Source: Octopus vulgaris (Eukaryota). From it: DNA of 64,000 bases. Location: NCBI GenBank assembly GCA_951406725.2, contig OX597827.1:15934001-15998000 (forward strand), in the 5' to 3' direction. Of the stretch, positions 13,968-28,000 are shown piece by piece (the stretch's first letter is position 1; every line of letters starts with the position of its first letter). The notes below the pieces were generated by a model that was given only the letters and a program-made list of their open reading frames with translations, was not told the origin of the DNA and searched no databases. The translations under genes were made by a program, and so were the position numbers.

Positions 13968-16345
13968 GTATATATATATATATATGTATGTATATATATA
14001 TATATGTATTATATATATAAGAATATTTATTTATAAAGTTTAAACAGAACATGGAATGAAATGTATTTATTTATAAACTTCAAACTGAACTGCAATTGTT
14101 TTATAAACGTAACAGCGTGGTGGTACGTAAATTAACGAAGGTATAAACCTGACGACGTAAATACACGAAGTTGACGTCTGACGTCAGATTTTTCTACTTT
14201 CACTTCTGACAACTAAAAGCATGACAGTGCCCTGACTTCCCCTATTTGCAGTCTAAATTTCTCATTCCTCACCTCTTCATTTTCACTTTTTTGCTTTGCT
14301 CTTATTTGACTGTCTCTGATTGTCGTCCACTTTTCTGTCTCTTTAGGACTTTGCTGATTTGGACGTTGATGAGATCATGGCACGACAAGTCGAACAGCTC
14401 GAGAAAGAGAAGAAAGAGCTGCTGGAGAGATTGAAGGCTCAAGAAAAGAAGGTTTGTTGAACTCTCTCTTCACTCGTTACAGTTAAATTTAGTAATTTTG
14501 ACTGAAGAGATCATTTTGAAAGTTAGCAACATTCTTAATTCCAGTGTTATTAATTAATCTCTTCGCTTTTTGATCATTTAAACCGGCCATATCCGACCAA
14601 AAGTATTCTGCCTGTTTTATGTTCAAACTGGCCGTATCTGGTCTTTTACACCAACCCTACAATATTGTTTTAAAAATTAACAGCTACCTCATTAAAATCT
14701 CATAGCTACAAGATTAATGCATGATTAGTTCAAAACAACATGGATAAAAAAGCATTAATTTTAGCAGAATGACATGAACATTAAAGGGTTAAATGACTAA
14801 GGTAATATGTAGAGATTTATGGAGTTTTGATTCCTATTCAACTTACAAACACTCACAAAGTTTTTACACATCACACTCTTATGTACATTTTCTGTCCTGT
14901 AGAATATTACTGTTCCAAACTGTATGTTTGTATTATAACCGTCATTGATTGATTATATAAACCATTGCAGGTCGACTATTTTAGCCGAGCTAAGAGACTA
15001 GAAGAAATACCTTTACTTGAAGACCAGTTCAAGGAGGAGAAAGTACAAAACCAGAAATTCTGGGAAGAACAGGAGAAGGGAAGGGTAAGCTTCACCCTCT
15101 TTGTTATATAATAATGTCCTGGCTTGTAGAGCAATCATAAGGCCCTGTTCACAATTTCGGAGAGAAAATAGGCCTATGCAGTTATATAAACTTGCATTAA
15201 CCATTACACTTTATCACTAGATGTATTTCAGTAACAAATATTCCTGTTTTATTATTTTGACAGATTGAAGGACTCAGAAAGGAGCGAGAATTGGCTTTGG
15301 AGACCTGGAATCGTCTCAACCGCATGAAAGATGAGAGAGTCAAGTTTGTCAAGATTTTGTCAGAAGCAAGAAAGTCTGACTTTAACGTGAGTAGATGTGT
15401 CAGAGTTACCTGGCTGTTGTTGTTTTCATGCTTACCCACAGCTCCTGGTTCTGTGATACAAATTTCCTGTTCTACTGTAATATAGATTAACCCTTTAGTG
15501 TTTAAACTGGCCAAATCGGCCCAATATATTCTACATGTTTTATATTCAAACTGGCGATGTCTAGCCTCTCACACCTAACCTACAATGCCATTCTAAAAAT
15601 AAGTAATCACATCATTGAAACCTCAAAGCTGTAAGATGATCCAGGATTAATTCAAAACAATTTGAGTGAAAAAGTATTACATTTAACAGAGTAATCTGAA
15701 CACTAAAGGGTTAAGGCCTATCGATATTTTGTATTGATTTAAGCTCCCAACACCAGATTTACATATTTTCCTAACTTATTAGCGCCGCCCCGACTGGCCT
15801 CCGTGCCGATGGCACGTAAAAAGCACCATCCGATCGTGGCCGTTTGCCAGCCCCGTCTGGCACCTGTGCGGGTGGCACGTAAAAGGCACCCACTACACTC
15901 ACGGAGTGGTTGGCATTAGGAAGGGCATCCAGCCGTAGAAACACTGCCAGATCAGACTGGGCCTGGTGCAGCCTTCAGGCTTCCCAGACCCCAGTTGAAC
16001 CGTCCAACCCATGCTAGCATGGAGAACGGATGCTAAATGATGATGATGATGAGGAGGAGGAGGAGGACAGTATATTTCAACAGGATTATGGCAATGATAA
16101 TGATGGAGATGTGTGTGAAAGAGAACAAGCTGATTTATTGGCATAGGCCATGAGTTTGTAAAGTGGAGGAAGCAGTTAAATGACCTTGATGCAGTCTCCT
16201 ACTACTCTCTCATCCGCTTCAACAGACTTGTTGCAACATGTGTGGGCGCTTGTGTGCTTCCCAATTTGGATTGCAGAGTCACATGCACTCTCATTGCGAA
16301 GAATACAGACTTTGTTGTCATCAGACACCGATGGACTACCTACGG

Positions 16346-16378
<33 letters not shown>

Positions 16379-18988
16379 CCGGAGTAAACACATAAATGTG
16401 AAACAAGGTGGAAAAAAGAGTTCTCAAATACCAGAGGTAGAGTAATATGCTTTATTTAAAAGCAGCAGAAATTTAATAAAAGCTGTTACTCAGAGTTTCC
16501 CGTTCCCGTTCGACAGACAGTTTTGTTAACTGTATATATATATAGACACATACATACAGGGTATGGTGAAGAAACTGTCTTCTAAGTTATCTTTATATGT
16601 AAAAGTGAAGTTGTGTGTCTGTCTCCTACGATTTAGATTCCTAACTACTCCCACATTTTGCAGTGCGGTGTAACCAAAACCGGGTATCTTATAGTCGTGA
16701 TTCATATCGAGCCCTTCTGGGTATTATTGCGCGTCTACAATTTTAAAAAATAATTTACCATCATTTTTTTCCATTTTAATGCATTTTTTCGCTATTATAT
16801 AAAGGAAGTAACTCTCTAAAAATGTCTACAATGAGTCAACGATTTAAAAAAAAATTTACCATCATTTTTTTGGCTATAACTCTCTAAAAATGTTTATATA
16901 GTTATTTCCCTTACAAACCCGAGCAACGCCGGGCGATACTGCTAGTTATGCATAAATGAAAATAAGACTGACATCTCATTTTAACAGATATATTTAACAA
17001 AATTACACAAAAATATCTTGAAATACTAAACAGTGAATTTATTCAATCAAATAGCCATTGGCTTCAACCGCGGCCTCCAGGCAACTTTGGAATCCCCTGA
17101 AACTCTTCTGGATGTTCTCCTTTTTTAAGATGGTGAATGCTGCTATAATTCTTGGCTTCAGTCCATCTTTGGTGTTCCAAGTTTTGTTTGTCTCTTGCTC
17201 AACTGTGTCCCACACATAGTAATGAACGGGGTTGCAGAAATTATCTGATGGCCATGACTGGGTTCTCCTGCCTATGTGGCATGGTGCAGAGTCCCGTTGC
17301 CAGCCATAGAATCTTCCAGCAGCAACCCTCTTGACCCAGGGTAGCACTTCTCCTTCCAGGCATTTAATGAAGGGCTCTGTGATGGGTCTGAGGCTGATGA
17401 ATGGAGGCATAACGTTGCCATCACTAGTGATCACTCCTAACTTCATGATGTTGACTGGATGCTGGATTTTTATCACTCTTGGTACATGTCCTCAGATTGA
17501 CACCCAAACATTCTGAAATGTTCGTATTTGAGCTTCGGGCAGAGTGAATTGCATCATGGTACTGTTTTTCTCACAGATGGTGTCCAACTGACCCTACTAT
17601 ACTGTGTAGTCGACAAAATCAAGAACAAGCATTGTGCATGCACGAAATGAAAAGTATAAAAATGGCAACAATTTACCCATCGCACCGTATATATATATTT
17701 ATTATTTATGCGCCCATTTCAAGCCTAGCCAGGCTCATGGACCCGGTTTCTGTGGCATATGTGTTCCCCTCAGCTGGACAGGATGCCTGTCCATCGCAGC
17801 ATTACTCAAGAAACAGGAAGAAAGAGTGAGAGAAAGTTGGGGCAAAAGAGTACAATAGGGGTCGCCGCCACCCACAGCTGGAGCCTCGTGGAACTTCAGG
17901 TGTTTTCGCTCAATAAACACACACAGCGCCCGGTCTGGGAATCGAAACCGTGATCCTCTGACTGCGAGTCCGCTGCCCTAACCACTGAGCTATTGCGTCT
18001 CCACACACACATGTATTTTATGGCAACTGACAGTGAAACGAAATTTCTAGGAGAAAGCAATAACATAGCAAGGGTGAGATTAATGAAATAGTAAAATTGC
18101 ATTCCTGACATATGACCTCACATTTTTATGTAGAGAGAGACAAGCATTTCACCATCCTACTTGAAAATTATCAAGTCTTTTGTTTTGTTGCATGGTACAG
18201 AGCACTTTATTATTGCTGGGTCACTCAAATTTTACTCAAGTCAATGAAGGGACTGCTACACAGTCGGTTGACCTGCTAGAAATAGTAGCCAATCCTCCCT
18301 CAAAAATCCTATCCTGTAACATAGTGCCAGATACACCATGTCTAGTGATTGTGGTTTTGGTGTTCTGCAGCAAGTGAGTGATGGGGGGAGCAATTTGCAA
18401 TAGTAGGTATGAATTATATTGGTTGTCAGGAGCAACAGAAGTAAGCCTACCTCCAGTACAAGTGATTGGTGATATACAAAGAGCTTGGTAGCTCATGGGT
18501 TTTTGCTTATTTAACCCTTTAGCATTCAAACCGGCCATATCTGGCCAAAATATTTAACCTGTTTTATATTGAAACTGACCAGATCTCACCTTTCATCTCA
18601 GCCCAACCATGTCGTTCTAAAACTAAAAAATCACATCACCGGAATCTCTAAACTACAAGATTAATGCATGATTAATTCAAACCATTTTAAATAAACAAAC
18701 ATCACATTTGACAGAATAATCTGAACACTAAAAGGGCTAATATATTTAAGTCGTTGGACATGCAGGTAAATTAATTAAACATAGTGTTGATACTCTCTTT
18801 ACTCTTTTACTTGTTTCAGTCATTTGACTGTGGCCATGCTGGAGCACCGCCTTTAGTCGAGCGCATCGACCCCGGTACTTATTCTTTGTAAGCCCAGGAC
18901 TTATTCTATCGGTCTCTTTTGCTGAACCGCTAAGTGACGGGGACGTAAACACACCAGCATCGGTTGTCAAGCAATGCTAGGGGGACAA

Positions 18989-19037
<49 letters not shown>

Positions 19038-22000
19038 TATATACGACGGGCTTCTTTCAGTTTCCGTCTACACAAATCCACTTACTGAGAGTAAAATTCT
19101 TACATTTTTGTCGGTTTCATCATTACAGGACAGATTGAAGAAATTTGAGGTGCACATGCAAGAGGAAGCCAAGAGCCGGCTCAAGAAACGCAAGGAGAAA
19201 CGTAAAAAAGAACGCCGAGAGAAGTTCTATCGCGAAAAAGAGGAGGCCGAGATACGGTTGAGGGAAGAGGTAGAGAGAAAAGGTAAGAAATTTTTATGTC
19301 TATTTCTCTGGTTGTTGTTTTGACATTTTTATGTATTGACTTCCGTATCAACTTAGCTGTTCTTCTTTCTCATTGTACTTACAAGAATGATCTCAACACT
19401 CTTACTTGATCTGGCAGAACTAACAGCCAGATCTTTCTCAGTCACACCCTATTTTTCCAGAAAAGGAAGATAAATTTAATAATGTAGTCTTAGATAGGCG
19501 CAGGAGTGGCTGTGTGGTAAGTAGCTTGTTTACCAACCACATGGTTCCAGGTTCAGTCCCACTGCGTGGCACCTTGGGCAAGTGTCTTCTACTATAGCCT
19601 CGGGCCGACCAAAGCCTTGTGAGTGAATTTGGTAGACGGAAACTGAAAGAAGCCCGTCGTATATATGTATATATATGTGTGTGTATGTTTGTGTTTGTCC
19701 CCCTAGCATTGCTTGACAACTGATGCTGGTGTGTTTATGTCCCCGTCACTTAGCGGTTCGGCAAAAGAGACCGATAGAATAATTACTGGGCTTGCAAAGA
19801 TTAAGTCACGGGGTTGAGTTGCTCGATTAAAGGCGGTGCTCCAGCATGGCTGCAGTCAAATGACTGAAGCAAGTAAAAGAGTAAAAGAGAGATAAGACTA
19901 GGACGGGGTAGTTACAACTTGAATGGATGCCTTTGATTCTAGCTCTGCTGGGACAGGCTGTACTTAAGACAAAACAATTGTTTAATTCTATATCAATTAT
20001 GATCAAAAACATTCCAAGCATGAACCCCTCCCTTTCTTTTTTGAAGGAATATTAAACAAGTACATGTTCCCTCACTTGCTCAGCTTGCCAATTACAGCAG
20101 TGTGTGGTGTGTATATTTGATATATGGCTATCAGTTGACTATTAAAGAGCTTGGTTGTGGCTACACGAGAGGAGTTGATTAGGAAATGTATGTGTGCCTG
20201 TGGCACTTTGTAAAATTTATTTGAGCTTTTCTGTAACACAATGGGCTTAGATGGGTCATTTTTTGTTTCAGTAGTATTAGGATGACGTCTTGCTGTGGAT
20301 GGAGCAGAGTTATCATCAGTACTCCCTTTGTGTGTGTGTGTGTGCGCAACTGGGACTACATTGTTCAGTATGTAGTTTTTAAGATGGTTGCTCATATTTG
20401 GGGTAGATTTTGACTGTTATTTTTCTTGCAGGTTGACCCTTTAGTTAGTATTCAGATTACTCTGTTGAATATATTCATATTGTAAAGTATACTAGCCATC
20501 TCAATATGGCTAACCACTAAGGGTGGGTGTTACTGTAGCTTTTAGCCCCAGGAGATCATCGTCTCCAGCTGGCTTTAGGCACACTTCTGTGCCTTTTTTA
20601 AAAAATTTTTTTAAGCCAGCTAGAGACGATGATCTCCTGGGGCTAAAAGCTACAGTAACACCCACCCTTAGTGGTTAGCCATATTGAGATGGCTAGTATA
20701 CTTTACGTTGTCGGGCGGTTACTGTTTACATCTCGTTCAGAGATTTATTATTGCTATATTCGTATTGTTTTGAATTAATCATGCATTGTCATGTGGCTGT
20801 GAAATTTCAATGATGTGATTATTTATTTTTAGATGGACATAGTAGAGTATGTGTGAGAGGCCAGATATAGCCAGTTTAAATGCTAAAGGGTTGATCTCAT
20901 TGCCTGTAGTAGATCTAATGGCAATGGAATTATCATTCAGTATTGGTTTTCTGTGCTGCCATGGGCTGGATGGCTTGACAGGGTCTGGTAAGCCACAGGG
21001 CTACATTGGGCTCCAGGGTCAGCTTTGTCATGGTTCTAAAGCTACAGCTACATACCCTTCCTAATGCCAATCACTTTATAGTGTGTATTAGGTGCTTTTT
21101 TTTTGTGCTTTTGGCATTAATGAGGTTTGCCAAGTAATTTGCGAGACTGAAAAAGAGTATTTGGGGAGGAGGTAGCTTTATTTCATGTGTTGAGGGACTA
21201 AAGTATTGATAGTGGGGACAAGTGCGGGTGTCTTGTTATAGAAGAGATACATGTGAGGGGGATTTGGAGGAAAGAAGATACAGATGTAGGCGCAGGAGTG
21301 GCTGTGTGGTAAGTAGCTTGTTTACCAACCACATGGTTCCGGGTTCAGTCCCACTGCGTGGCACCTTGGGCAAGTGTCTTCTACTATAGCCTCGGGCCGA
21401 CCAAAGCCTTGTGAGTGGATTTGGTAGACGGAAACTGAAAGAAGCCCGTCGTATATATGTATATATATATGCATGTTTGTGTGTCTGTGTTTGTCCCCCT
21501 AGCATTGCTTGACAACCGATGCTGGTGTGTTTATGTCCCCATTACTTAGCGGTTCGGCAAAAGAGACCAATAGAATAAGTACTGGGCTTACAAAAGAATA
21601 AGTCCCGGGATCGAGTTGCTCGATTAAAGGCAGTGCTCCAACATGACAAGTAAAAGAGTAAAGAGATTGTTGTGGTTGGGGTGCCAGAGCATTCTCTCGA
21701 GGGACAAGACGAGAGTTATTGATATGGACATATGTTTTACTTCAGAAACGGAAGAAAGAGAAGAAGCCGAACGAGTTGAACGTGAGAGACGTGAACAAGA
21801 GGCACGAGAGAGAACAGCGAAGCTGCAAGAACAGTTTGCTAAACAGAAGGCTCGTGAGAAAGAGATTGAAGAGAAAGAAGCACGAAGAAGAGAAGAGCAG
21901 CTGTAAGTAGACTTTGTTTTATAAATGGGGATAAAAGCAGGTGGTGGTGGTGATGGCCCCTATCTTACCACCCTTTTCTTAATGGACTCTTTCCAAATAT

Positions 22001-25000
22001 CTACGCTTGTATTTGGTATAAATCCTTTAAAATGTTTTAGCCTGAAAGCCGTGGCCATGCTGGGGCACCACCGCTGGTTCAAATTTTAAGTTTTTTCCCT
22101 TACACCCTTTCCTGAAATACGTACCAGTCAGGTACTGGGTTGATTCAATCAACTATTTGTAATATAAGTAAATTGTTTTCGTTTCCTTTCTTAAATCCCC
22201 GGCCATGTGTCATCTTAGAAATTTTCATTGTTTATGAGTTGTCTATTTGGGTTAATAATGCATTCTCATATTCTAGATTGAGCTATCTTTATAAATTGTG
22301 AAGTGATTTCTGGAAACTGCTGGATCATTGTTGGTATTTTAGATGTCTTCTGGTGATTCCAGCTTCGTTTCCAACATTAAAATGTGAGGACTTTTCAGAT
22401 GTGACCCATGAACCTGGTCATCTTCTTCATTCCACCTCATACAGAAATAAAATGGGTCAAATAACAAGACTGTTATTCCCTATTAAACAATGTACTTTGG
22501 AGATAATATTACTAGGTGTTAAGATAGTCTTGGCACTGTTTGACTGATTCTGAAAATTTGCAACTAACTAAACCTTTGACACCCAAACTTGCACTGACTG
22601 CATGAATGCCGATCTTGGTAAGATTCTTTAGTGGGTGTGATGTCAATGTTATCTTCCTTAATATCTCAAAGACCATCCCACCACAATTCATGTGTGCAGT
22701 CGTGTATTCCACTTCCATTAACCCTTTCGTTACTATATTTCTGACCAAAATACACCCCTCATGAGTTTCAATTAAATTCTAAAATAATCATGAATTTAGG
22801 CTTGTTTCATTAAATAACTGTAACTTGTTTATTTATCAACATATTAATGTGATATTTGGAGCATAATTAAAGAAAGGGTTCTTAATCTATTCTATTGCAT
22901 AACTTTTGTCTCAAAGTGACTTTAACTACAGGTAAATCCAGGTAAACTGAGCAAATGGTAAAAATATTAAAATTTTGTTTAAACATCACCATAGAAAATG
23001 AATCATCAGCTAATATTCAATTGGGTATGCAACAAAATTTTGATAAAGAAGAATTGTGCACATCACTAGATCATCTGTTGAAATTAATGCTCAACAGAAC
23101 AGGTGTACCATAAAGGTGGAATAAATTGAAATATTGGAATACACCTAAATCCACAGCAAGTTTGACTGAACTAAAGAAATCGGTCAAAAAATAATATACG
23201 GCCCTGGTTATGGTATGGAAGTGATAAATTCCAGACCACATCGTTCCCTAGCCCATGTTGACTAACATTATTTTCCCTGTATAAAAACTAAATCCACAGC
23301 AGTACCCAGTATTTGCTTCACAAATTTTCCGAACTTTGATCCCCCATTTTGTGTTTGTTTACATTCTGCGTAACAGTTTGTTTCTGCAGTGATCGCTTCA
23401 AACAAGCATACTAATAAAAATAAAAGTCTAACGGTTTCGCTTCCTAAGAAAGACTATGGATAGACTTCATTCCGATGTAAAATCGTCTTTGCTGTTGCTA
23501 TCGCCGCTTTCAGTTTCGGATACCAAAATATCCTATTCATTCTCGTACACCATGTGCTTTTGTACCTCATTCATTCTTTTTCTCAATATCTCCCTATTTT
23601 CCGTTGAAAAAGCTTTAAATTCGGAATCAATGCTTGATAACATGAAACTCCTATCCATTTTCAAAGTTGAAGAAAAATCGATGCCGAAAAAAATGTGGAA
23701 AAAAATCTCTCAAAATTCACTGAATTCAGATATCAGGTCAAGCAATGTCGGATACTATAACCCAACTATTTACAAAGTGAAATCACGTGTTTTAACGAAT
23801 GTACCAACGAGATTTGGGTTCAAATTTACATTTAAATAACAATAGGTTCTCTCGGCCGGGTACGGCCAGCATAGTAACGAAAGGGTTGATGGACCTCTTC
23901 CAAATATCTGCGCTTGTATTTGGTATGGTTCAAATTTTAAGTTTTTTCCCTTACACTCCTTTCCTGAAATACGTACCAGTCAGGTACTGGGTTGATTCAA
24001 TCAACTATTTGTCTTTATGAACCTAAGAACTTGTAATATAAGTAAATTGTTTTCATTTCCTTTCTTAAATCCCCGGCCATGTGTCATCTTAGAAATTTTC
24101 ATTTTTTATGAGTTGTCTATTTGGGTTAATAATGCATTCTCATATTCTAGATTGAGCTATCTTTATAAATTGTGATGTGATTTCTGGAAACTGCTTGGTC
24201 ATTGTTGGTGTTTTAGATGTCTTCTGGTGATTCCAGCTTCGTTTCCAACATTAAAATGTGAGGACTTTTCAGATGTGACCCATGAACCTGGTCATCTTCT
24301 TCATTCCACCTCATACAGAAATAAAATGGGTCAAATAACAAGACTGTTATTCCCTATTAAACAATGTACTTTGGAGATAATATTACTAGGTGTTAAGATA
24401 GTCTTGGCACTGTTTGACTGATTCTGAAAATTTGCAACTAACTAAACCTTTGACACCCAAACTTGCACTGACTGCATGAATGCCGATCTTGGTAAGATTC
24501 TTTAGTGGGTGTGATGTCAATGTTGTCTTCCTTAATATCTCAAAGACCATCCCACCACAATTCATGTGTGCAGTCGTGTATTCCACTTCCATTAAACATA
24601 CAAAACACAGCAAAATTCACTACAAATGTTAGGCTTTGCTACCATTGTTCTAGTGATCTCGTGACTTCAACACAGCAAAGACTGACCCTCCACTCGAAAA
24701 TACTTGAGCTCCTGACAACTACTAGCTAGCTACAAAACTGAAGTGAAGCCCACTATGAAACCCTGCTTCCACATGTGGTACAGTACTGCTGTTATATGTA
24801 TGACAAATATCTTAGTCTGCATCCACAAGGAGCTTGTCCACCAACAAACTCCAACCTCTGGTCAACAGATGTGCTGCCTCTTCTACTGCTGCTACAGTGG
24901 CATCTGTTTCTTGGTGCAAATTGATCTTGTGCACCGGATTTCCTCATGTTCTCCCCTCTCACCCCTTTCCGAATGCTAAAGTGACCGTTTCCTTCAAGAA

Positions 25001-28000
25001 CAGACTTTCAATGTATTCGATTAATTTACAGAATTAGTAGCAAAATATAAAAGAAGTGGTGAAGAAGCTGTAGTTAACATGCTGTGAATTTTATTTAGAT
25101 GGTTTTTTGAAATGTAACCTAACAAGGTTTCATACTTGAAGATCTGTACCAAAATGCCTTTGCAGAGCCTCCCATGATTGGTTAGCTCAACACAGTACAT
25201 GTAATAAGGATTTCAGAGATTTTTTTAAACTTTCAGTTTTAAGCAGCCAGTATATATTGAAAGAATGGCATTGATACACACAGTTATATTCCCTTCTTTC
25301 ATTGTATGCAAACAACCTGTTCAATCATATATATATATTGTCAATAATAATAAACTACGAATTCCTCTGTAGGAATTTGTTGCTCTATACCTCACGTGGG
25401 TGGACAGGGGAAGGTACTGGATGTCGAGGATGGTTTGTCTGAGGTTACTCAAATCAGACGGGTATATTCGGTTTTTAGTGCTCTCAAATTTAACCCTTTA
25501 GTATTTAAACCGGCCATGTCCGGCCAAAATATTTAATCTGTTTTATGTTCAAACTGACCAGATCCAGGCTCTCACACCTACCCTACAATGTTATTCCACG
25601 TTAAGTAATTACACCATCAAGATCTTGAAAATATGAGATATTGCACGATTAATTCAAATCAATGTGAATCAATAAGCATTATGTTTGATAGAATAATCAG
25701 AACACTAAAGGGTTAAATTTAATGAAATCTTGTGCCGATGACGGGAATGTTTGAAATAGGGATGTATTTCTAGGGTCTCTATATCTAACTAACCCAGAAA
25801 TGCGTTCACAAGTGAACTTTCGTTATTTTTCCCTCTATGCCTATGTGAGTTGTTTTTGAGTATACATTGTCTGGGAGACTCTTTTTATAGTAGTGGAAAT
25901 GGCTAAGTTCTTTGGCTGCTATTTCTAAAAGTTTGGTGTGTGGTGAAGCAATTTTTTTTTTGCTGAACCCTAATTATATAAAGTAATGTTTATATATATA
26001 TTTCAGTATATCTCTTTCTTAATGATCAAATTGTGTTTTACAGTAGAGAAAAGCGTGAAGCAGAAACCACCTCACACTCCTGGAGAGAGACCACTCCTAA
26101 GGTAGAAAAGGTTGCTACTGCTGCTGCTGCTGCTGATGTAGCTAAAGAGAAGACACCATGGAAACCGATATCCAAAGAAGGTGGTTGGCGTGAGCGGACT
26201 CTGCAGAGGGAAGACAGCTGGCGCAAGCCTGACTCTACGTAAGTATTCATTTGTCACTAGGCAACTTTTGATGGGTGGTGGTGGTGGTGTTCATAGATGT
26301 TATTTGTATTTTTATTAAGTTTCTAAATTTAAGTATATCGGTGTTTCTCAGTAAACTGACCATATCTGGCCAAAATATTCTGCCAGCTCTATGTTCAAAC
26401 TTGCAAGATCCAACCTCTCACACTCGACCGACAATGTCATTCTAAAAAGACAAACAATCACACCATCAAAATTTTGATGCTATAAGACAATTCGTAATTA
26501 ATTCAAAGCAGTGTGAGTTAATAAGCATTGCAGGTACCTTCCAGTTTGCCGATCACTTTGCTTTATTGATTATCTGCTCTGGTTGTCTCTCTCTCTTTTA
26601 CTTGTTTCAGTCATTTGACTGCGGCCATGCTGGAGCACTGCCTTTAATGGAGCAACTCGACTACAGGACTTATTCTTTTGTAAGCCCAGTACTTATTCTA
26701 TCAGTCTCTTTTTGCCGAACCGCTAAGTGACGGGGACGTAAATACACCAGCATCGGTTGTCAAGCAATGCTAGGGGGACAAACACACACACACGCATATA
26801 TATATATATATATATAAACATATATACGACGGGCTTCTTTCAGTTTCCGTCTACCAAATCCACTCACAAGGCTTTGGTCGGCCCGAGGCTATAGTAGAAG
26901 ACACTTGCCCAAGGTGTCGCGCAGTGGGATCGAACTCGGAACCATGTGGTTGGTACTCAAGCTACTTACCACACAGCCACTCCTGCGTCTCTGTTAATTC
27001 TCCTTTTAACCTACAGTCGTTGTGTAATTTGTTGGTTTATTTATATATTCATTTTCCTCCCTCTCAGCAAAGAAGCTGAAGATATACACTGGAAACATGG
27101 CAAGAGTGATCGCATTCCTGCACGGGATGTAAGATATGAAGACCCTCCTGAGGAACCAGACAAGGAGGACGATAACTGGCGCAGCTCTGCTGATGTGCCA
27201 CTTAAAGATACTCCATTAAGAGAGAGCTCTGGAAGGATGACTCCTGCCAAATTCACCCAGCCACAAGAATCAATGCCATCCAGAGACAGCTGGCGAGAAA
27301 AGGTTTCAAGGGATGTGGACAGAGGTGACAGAGACAGGTAAGTCTTAATCTTGGAGTTTACTGTTTTTAAAAGAATTTTCACCGGTTAATAGTTTGGTTT
27401 AATATTGGCTTGTTTTTATACATTTTAGATTCCGTGAAGACAGATGGGGACGAAAAGAAGATCGTCGTGGGGGTGACGATGATGAGTGGAGGAAACCAAG
27501 AGTTTCTGGTAGAGATGACATGTGGAGAGGCCGTGACAGGGATGATACCGGTGGCGGTGGCAGTAGTAGCTGGAGGGTTGGGGACAGGAGTGGGCCTCGA
27601 GAAGAGGGCAGTAGCTGGCGGGATAAAGGCTCTTCTATGGATGACCGCTGGCGCCCTACACGGGAGGAACGACCTCCACCAAGAGATCCAATGTGGATGC
27701 GTGACAGAAAACCACCCTCTTCACGAGATGATGACTGGAAAGACAGAGGAATGGGTGAAAGGGGTGGTTTGAGAGACAGAGATGGTCCTCGTGACAGAGA
27801 CGGACCTCGCGATAGAGATATGCTCCGCGATAGGGATGGACCTCGTGACAGAGATGATGCCTGGAGCAGTGACCGGCCTATGTCAAGAAACACAGATGAC
27901 TTCCGGGAAAAATCTGGAAAGTCCTTGAGTAGCTGGCGAGGTGGTGACCGTCGAGAAGAAAGAGGACCTCCAGGCCGTGATTCAGATTGGAGCAGGCGAG

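Noticed and set aside
13588-14052. Long YIYI/MYVC ORFs on both strands
   Set aside because: Translation of a (TA)/(TATG)n microsatellite inside a MITE.
16483-16520. Hammerhead in the second copy of the 49.3-kb family
   Set aside because: Core mutated to CUGUCGA and stem II mismatched; antisense to eIF3a.
23456-23839. 127-aa ORF inside the piggyBac-like element
   Set aside because: No recognisable transposase motifs; internal decayed sequence.
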